Assembly: GCF_001194135.2 (NCBI RefSeq)
Contig: NC_068999.1
Coordinates: 43,808,218 to 43,846,380, forward strand
Direction: 5' to 3'
Length of the DNA stretch: 38,163 nucleotides
Source: Octopus bimaculoides
Lineage: Eukaryota
Shown one piece after another: positions 35,570-38,163 of the stretch. The notes under the pieces were generated by a model. It searched no databases. It saw nothing but the letters and a program-made list of their open reading frames with translations, and was not told where the DNA came from. Positions within the stretch are counted from its first letter, which is position 1, and the number at the start of each line of letters is the position of its first letter. The position numbers were made by a program, and so were the translations under genes.

Positions 35570-36158
35570 AAAAGAAGGTAGCTCAAATCCTCCACTGGCT
35601 ATTATGCCGTAAGTATTGATATGATGTTACGTGTGCTTGGTACCAACATACACCGAAAAAGGCAATGAACAAAAAGGGGAAGGCAAACATCCTCTGGGAC
35701 TTTGATTTCCAGTCAGACAAGGTAGAGCACGGAAGGCCAGATATAGTAACCTTAGGAGGGACAAACAAGAGTGCCAAATAATCGACGTAGCAGTGCCATG
35801 AGATCAACATATCATGAAAGAATGAGAAACGGTTGATAAATATGGAGACCCGAGAATTAAGATCGCTAAGATGTGGCAGGTACGAGATTCAAACGTAAAC
35901 TTTGTCCCGATTGTCATCGAAGCATTGGGTTCAATACCACCCAATCTGAAAAGAAAAAAAAAACATCTGAAAATCTTAGAGATACCCTACAATCTAGATG
36001 TATTGGAAAAGTTGACATTACTTGGAACTGCACGCGTATTGCATAAAGTACTGTCTGTCTGCGGTCCTTGTTTCTGACTTGACAAAGAGCAAAATGCCCC
36101 GGTAGACACAATATCTTCAATCAACAACCTCACGATATTGTATACTGTGCAACGTCTA
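35570..36158 (+). mobile_element. R4/Dong-like REL fragment (subfamily 4)
   Basis: VAQILHWLLCRKY...WYQHTPKK...ILWDFDFQSDKVEHGRPDIV...IIDVAVP*D...KMWQVRDSNVNFVPIVIEALGSIP...LLGTARVLHKVLS; followed by (GAT)n/(AAT)n. Confidence 0.88.
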
Positions 36159-36196
36159 TAATGATGATGACGACGACGATGATGATGATGATGATG

Positions 36197-36257
<61 letters not shown>

Positions 36258-36276
36258 TGATGATGATGATGATGAT

Positions 36277-36821
36277 TTCCTCACTGAACACAAAGGGTGC
36301 CGACGAGGATCATATGGATGCAAATACCAACTCTTAATCAATCGTATGATCCTTGAGAATTGTCATAACAAACGCAGAAATCTCAGTCCTGCCTGGATTG
36401 ATTATAGAAAGGCCTTCGACAGCATACCGCATTCATGGGTCTTGAAAGCACGGGATATCTTCAAAATGTTTTTCCTGTGTTTTCAAGCTTCCTGAAGCAC
36501 AACATGTCAATGTGGAATACAAAACTCCAATTATACCACTTTAATGGCGTACTGACCGCAAAAAATATTAATATCAACTGCGGCATTTTCCAAGGTGACT
36601 CATTTTCACCTTTAATTTTCTGCATGGCTCTCATACCCCTTACAAGTGAACTCAACAGAACAGGTTATGGATATAAAATTGGCGACGAAAAAAATAAGCC
36701 ATCGATTTTATATGGATGACTTAAAACTCTATGGCAAAGACGATAATGAGGCTGAAGGGTTATTACGTACTGTGAAAGCATTCAGTGGTAACATCGGGAT
36801 GGAATTTGGTCTTGATAGATG
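36277..36821 (+). mobile_element. Non-LTR reverse transcriptase fragment (R4/R2-group type), two frameshifts
   Basis: KGCRRGSYGCKYQLLIN...AWIDYRKAFDSIPHSW, then GIFQGDSFSPLIFCMALIPL, then FYMDDLKLY...IGMEFGLDRC. Confidence 0.93.
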
Positions 36822-36930
36822 CACGTGCACAGCAGAGGTCAAAGTCAAACTGTGTCGAACGACCTCTCTCTACGAGCTTTAGCGTCATTACTATCGCAAC
36901 AGTCCGGATACTTATTGATCAGACCTCGTA
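36822..36930. mobile_element. Mariner/Tc1-type element end (single TIR plus TA)
   Basis: Ends CAGTCCGGATACTTATTGATCAGACCTCG-TA; the reverse complement TA-CGAGGTCTGATCAATAAGTATCCGGA resembles mariner TIRs. Confidence 0.6.
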
Positions 36931-36946
36931 GAAAGGATTACGGAAG

Positions 36947-37600
36947 TTTACTCTTTTACTTGTTTGAGTCATTTGACTGTGGCCATGCTGGAGCACCGCC
37001 TTTAGTCGAACAAATCGACCCAAGGACTTATTCTTTGTAAGCCTAGTACTTATATTCTATCGGTCTCTTTTCCCGAAACGCTAAGTTACGGGGGCGTAAA
37101 CATACCAGCATCGGTTGTCAAACGATGTTGGGGGGGGGGACAAACACATACACACAAACACATACACACACACACATATATATATACATATGCATATATA
37201 CGACGGGCTTCTTTCAGTTTCCTATTTCTTTACTGCACACAAAGAGCAAAACATAGAGGGGACAAACAAAGGGATTAAGTCAATTACATCGACCCCAGTG
37301 CGTAACTGGTACTTAATTTATCGACCCCGAAAGGGTGAAAGGCAAAGTCGACCCCGGCGGAATTCGAACTCAGAACGTCACGGCAGACGAAATACCGCTA
37401 GCATCTCGCCCGGCGTGCTAACGTTTCTGCCAGCTCGCCGCCTTGGCCGGCTCGGCTTCTTTCAGTTTCCGTCTACCAAATCCACTGACAAGGCTTTGCT
37501 CGGCCCGAGGCCATAGTAGAAGACACTTGACCAAGGTGCCACGCTGTGGGACTGAACCCGGAACCATGTGGTTGGTAAGCAAGCTACTTACCGCTGTGGC
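36947..37600 (-). mobile_element. SINE family B, split by a nested family A insertion
   Basis: Tail half at 36947-37222 and head half at 37454-37600. Confidence 0.9.
37223..37453 (-). mobile_element. SINE family A, full length, with a 17-bp target-site duplication
   Basis: GGCTTCTTTCAGTTTCC at 37206-37222 and 37454-37470 flanks a complete family A copy. Confidence 0.92.
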
Positions 37601-38163
37601 CATTTCTTATTAAAATGCCGCGGAAAAATGACGATGGTTATTATAAAAGCATATAATAATAATACATACTATAAAATATAAAGGTTATGCGTGTATTTGA
37701 AATGCCATTAATCTTCTAAAATGTAATTGTATCAGTTATCAGACACGATCTCATATCAAGTCGCTTGGCAAACAATTGTGTCTCCGAAATAACAAACAAA
37801 TCTATTTAAATAAGTAATTAGCACTAATTTCATATCTATAATTATTTGTTTTTCGAAGACGAATAATTCATTGGCGAACAAATTGGACCCCGATGTCTCT
37901 GTAGTAATTTATCTTTTATCTGACACTTTTTTCTGTCATTGGACTGCGGCCATGCTATTGCAACGGTTTGGGGGGTTTTAGTCGAACGTTTTGTCACTCG
38001 AATTGAGTGCAGATGTTTGGACGTTGAACTTTTCGTAAGGCTGATTGGACATTCAATGTGTTTGGCGTCAGTATGCTCTGACGTGGCCAGCAAAAACAAA
38101 CGTAGGCATGTGCACTCTGAAATATAGTCTTATAGTTCGAAAGAGAGAGAGAGAGAGAGAGAG

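Larger units (their letters stand above)
1..38163. repeat. Window-wide dense microsatellites: (TA)n, (CA)n, (GA)n, (TATG)n, (TATC)n, (TACC)n, (TAA)n, (CAG)n, (CTT)n, (TAC)n
   Basis: Directly visible; these tracts account for nearly all of the low-complexity ORFs in the supplied track. Confidence 0.98.

Noticed and set aside
1994-37600. tRNA-like A/B-box sequences
   Set aside because: They are SINE heads that run into SINE bodies and do not give complete cloverleafs, so no tRNA gene is called.
1-38163. CRISPR array or other prokaryotic system
   Set aside because: No constant repeat with unique spacers and no operon-like coding density; the window is eukaryotic repeat DNA.

Overview
Eukaryotic, AT-rich, non-coding window with 12 N-gaps (about 3.9 kb in total) that mostly open at (TA)n or (CA)n tracts. 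The microsatellite density and the recurring tRNA-headed SINE families look like an octopus (coleoid cephalopod) genome; that is inference from pattern recognition, not a database search. I cannot support any host protein-coding exon: nearly all listed ORFs are translations of microsatellites or gaps. The real coding signal is decayed retrotransposon sequence. There are at least four 3' fragments of restriction-like endonuclease (REL) non-LTR elements of R4/Dong type sitting in (TAA)n tracts, one matching RT fragment with YMDD, and a probable RTE endonuclease remnant. The rest is about 25 SINE copies or fragments from 3-4 families, a mariner end, a foldback minisatellite and a degenerate 130-135 bp satellite. 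The best hidden signal is RNA structure. A well-formed type I hammerhead ribozyme motif lies on the minus strand (1360-1456), with a palindromic stem III and an unusually long 57-nt stem II, next to an inverted, eroded homologue (1580-1697). Four more hammerhead-like relics with unrelated sequence occur near (TA)n tracts and look like Penelope-like element (PLE) or retrozyme debris. The SINE labels A-D are my own working names, and repeat boundaries are approximate.
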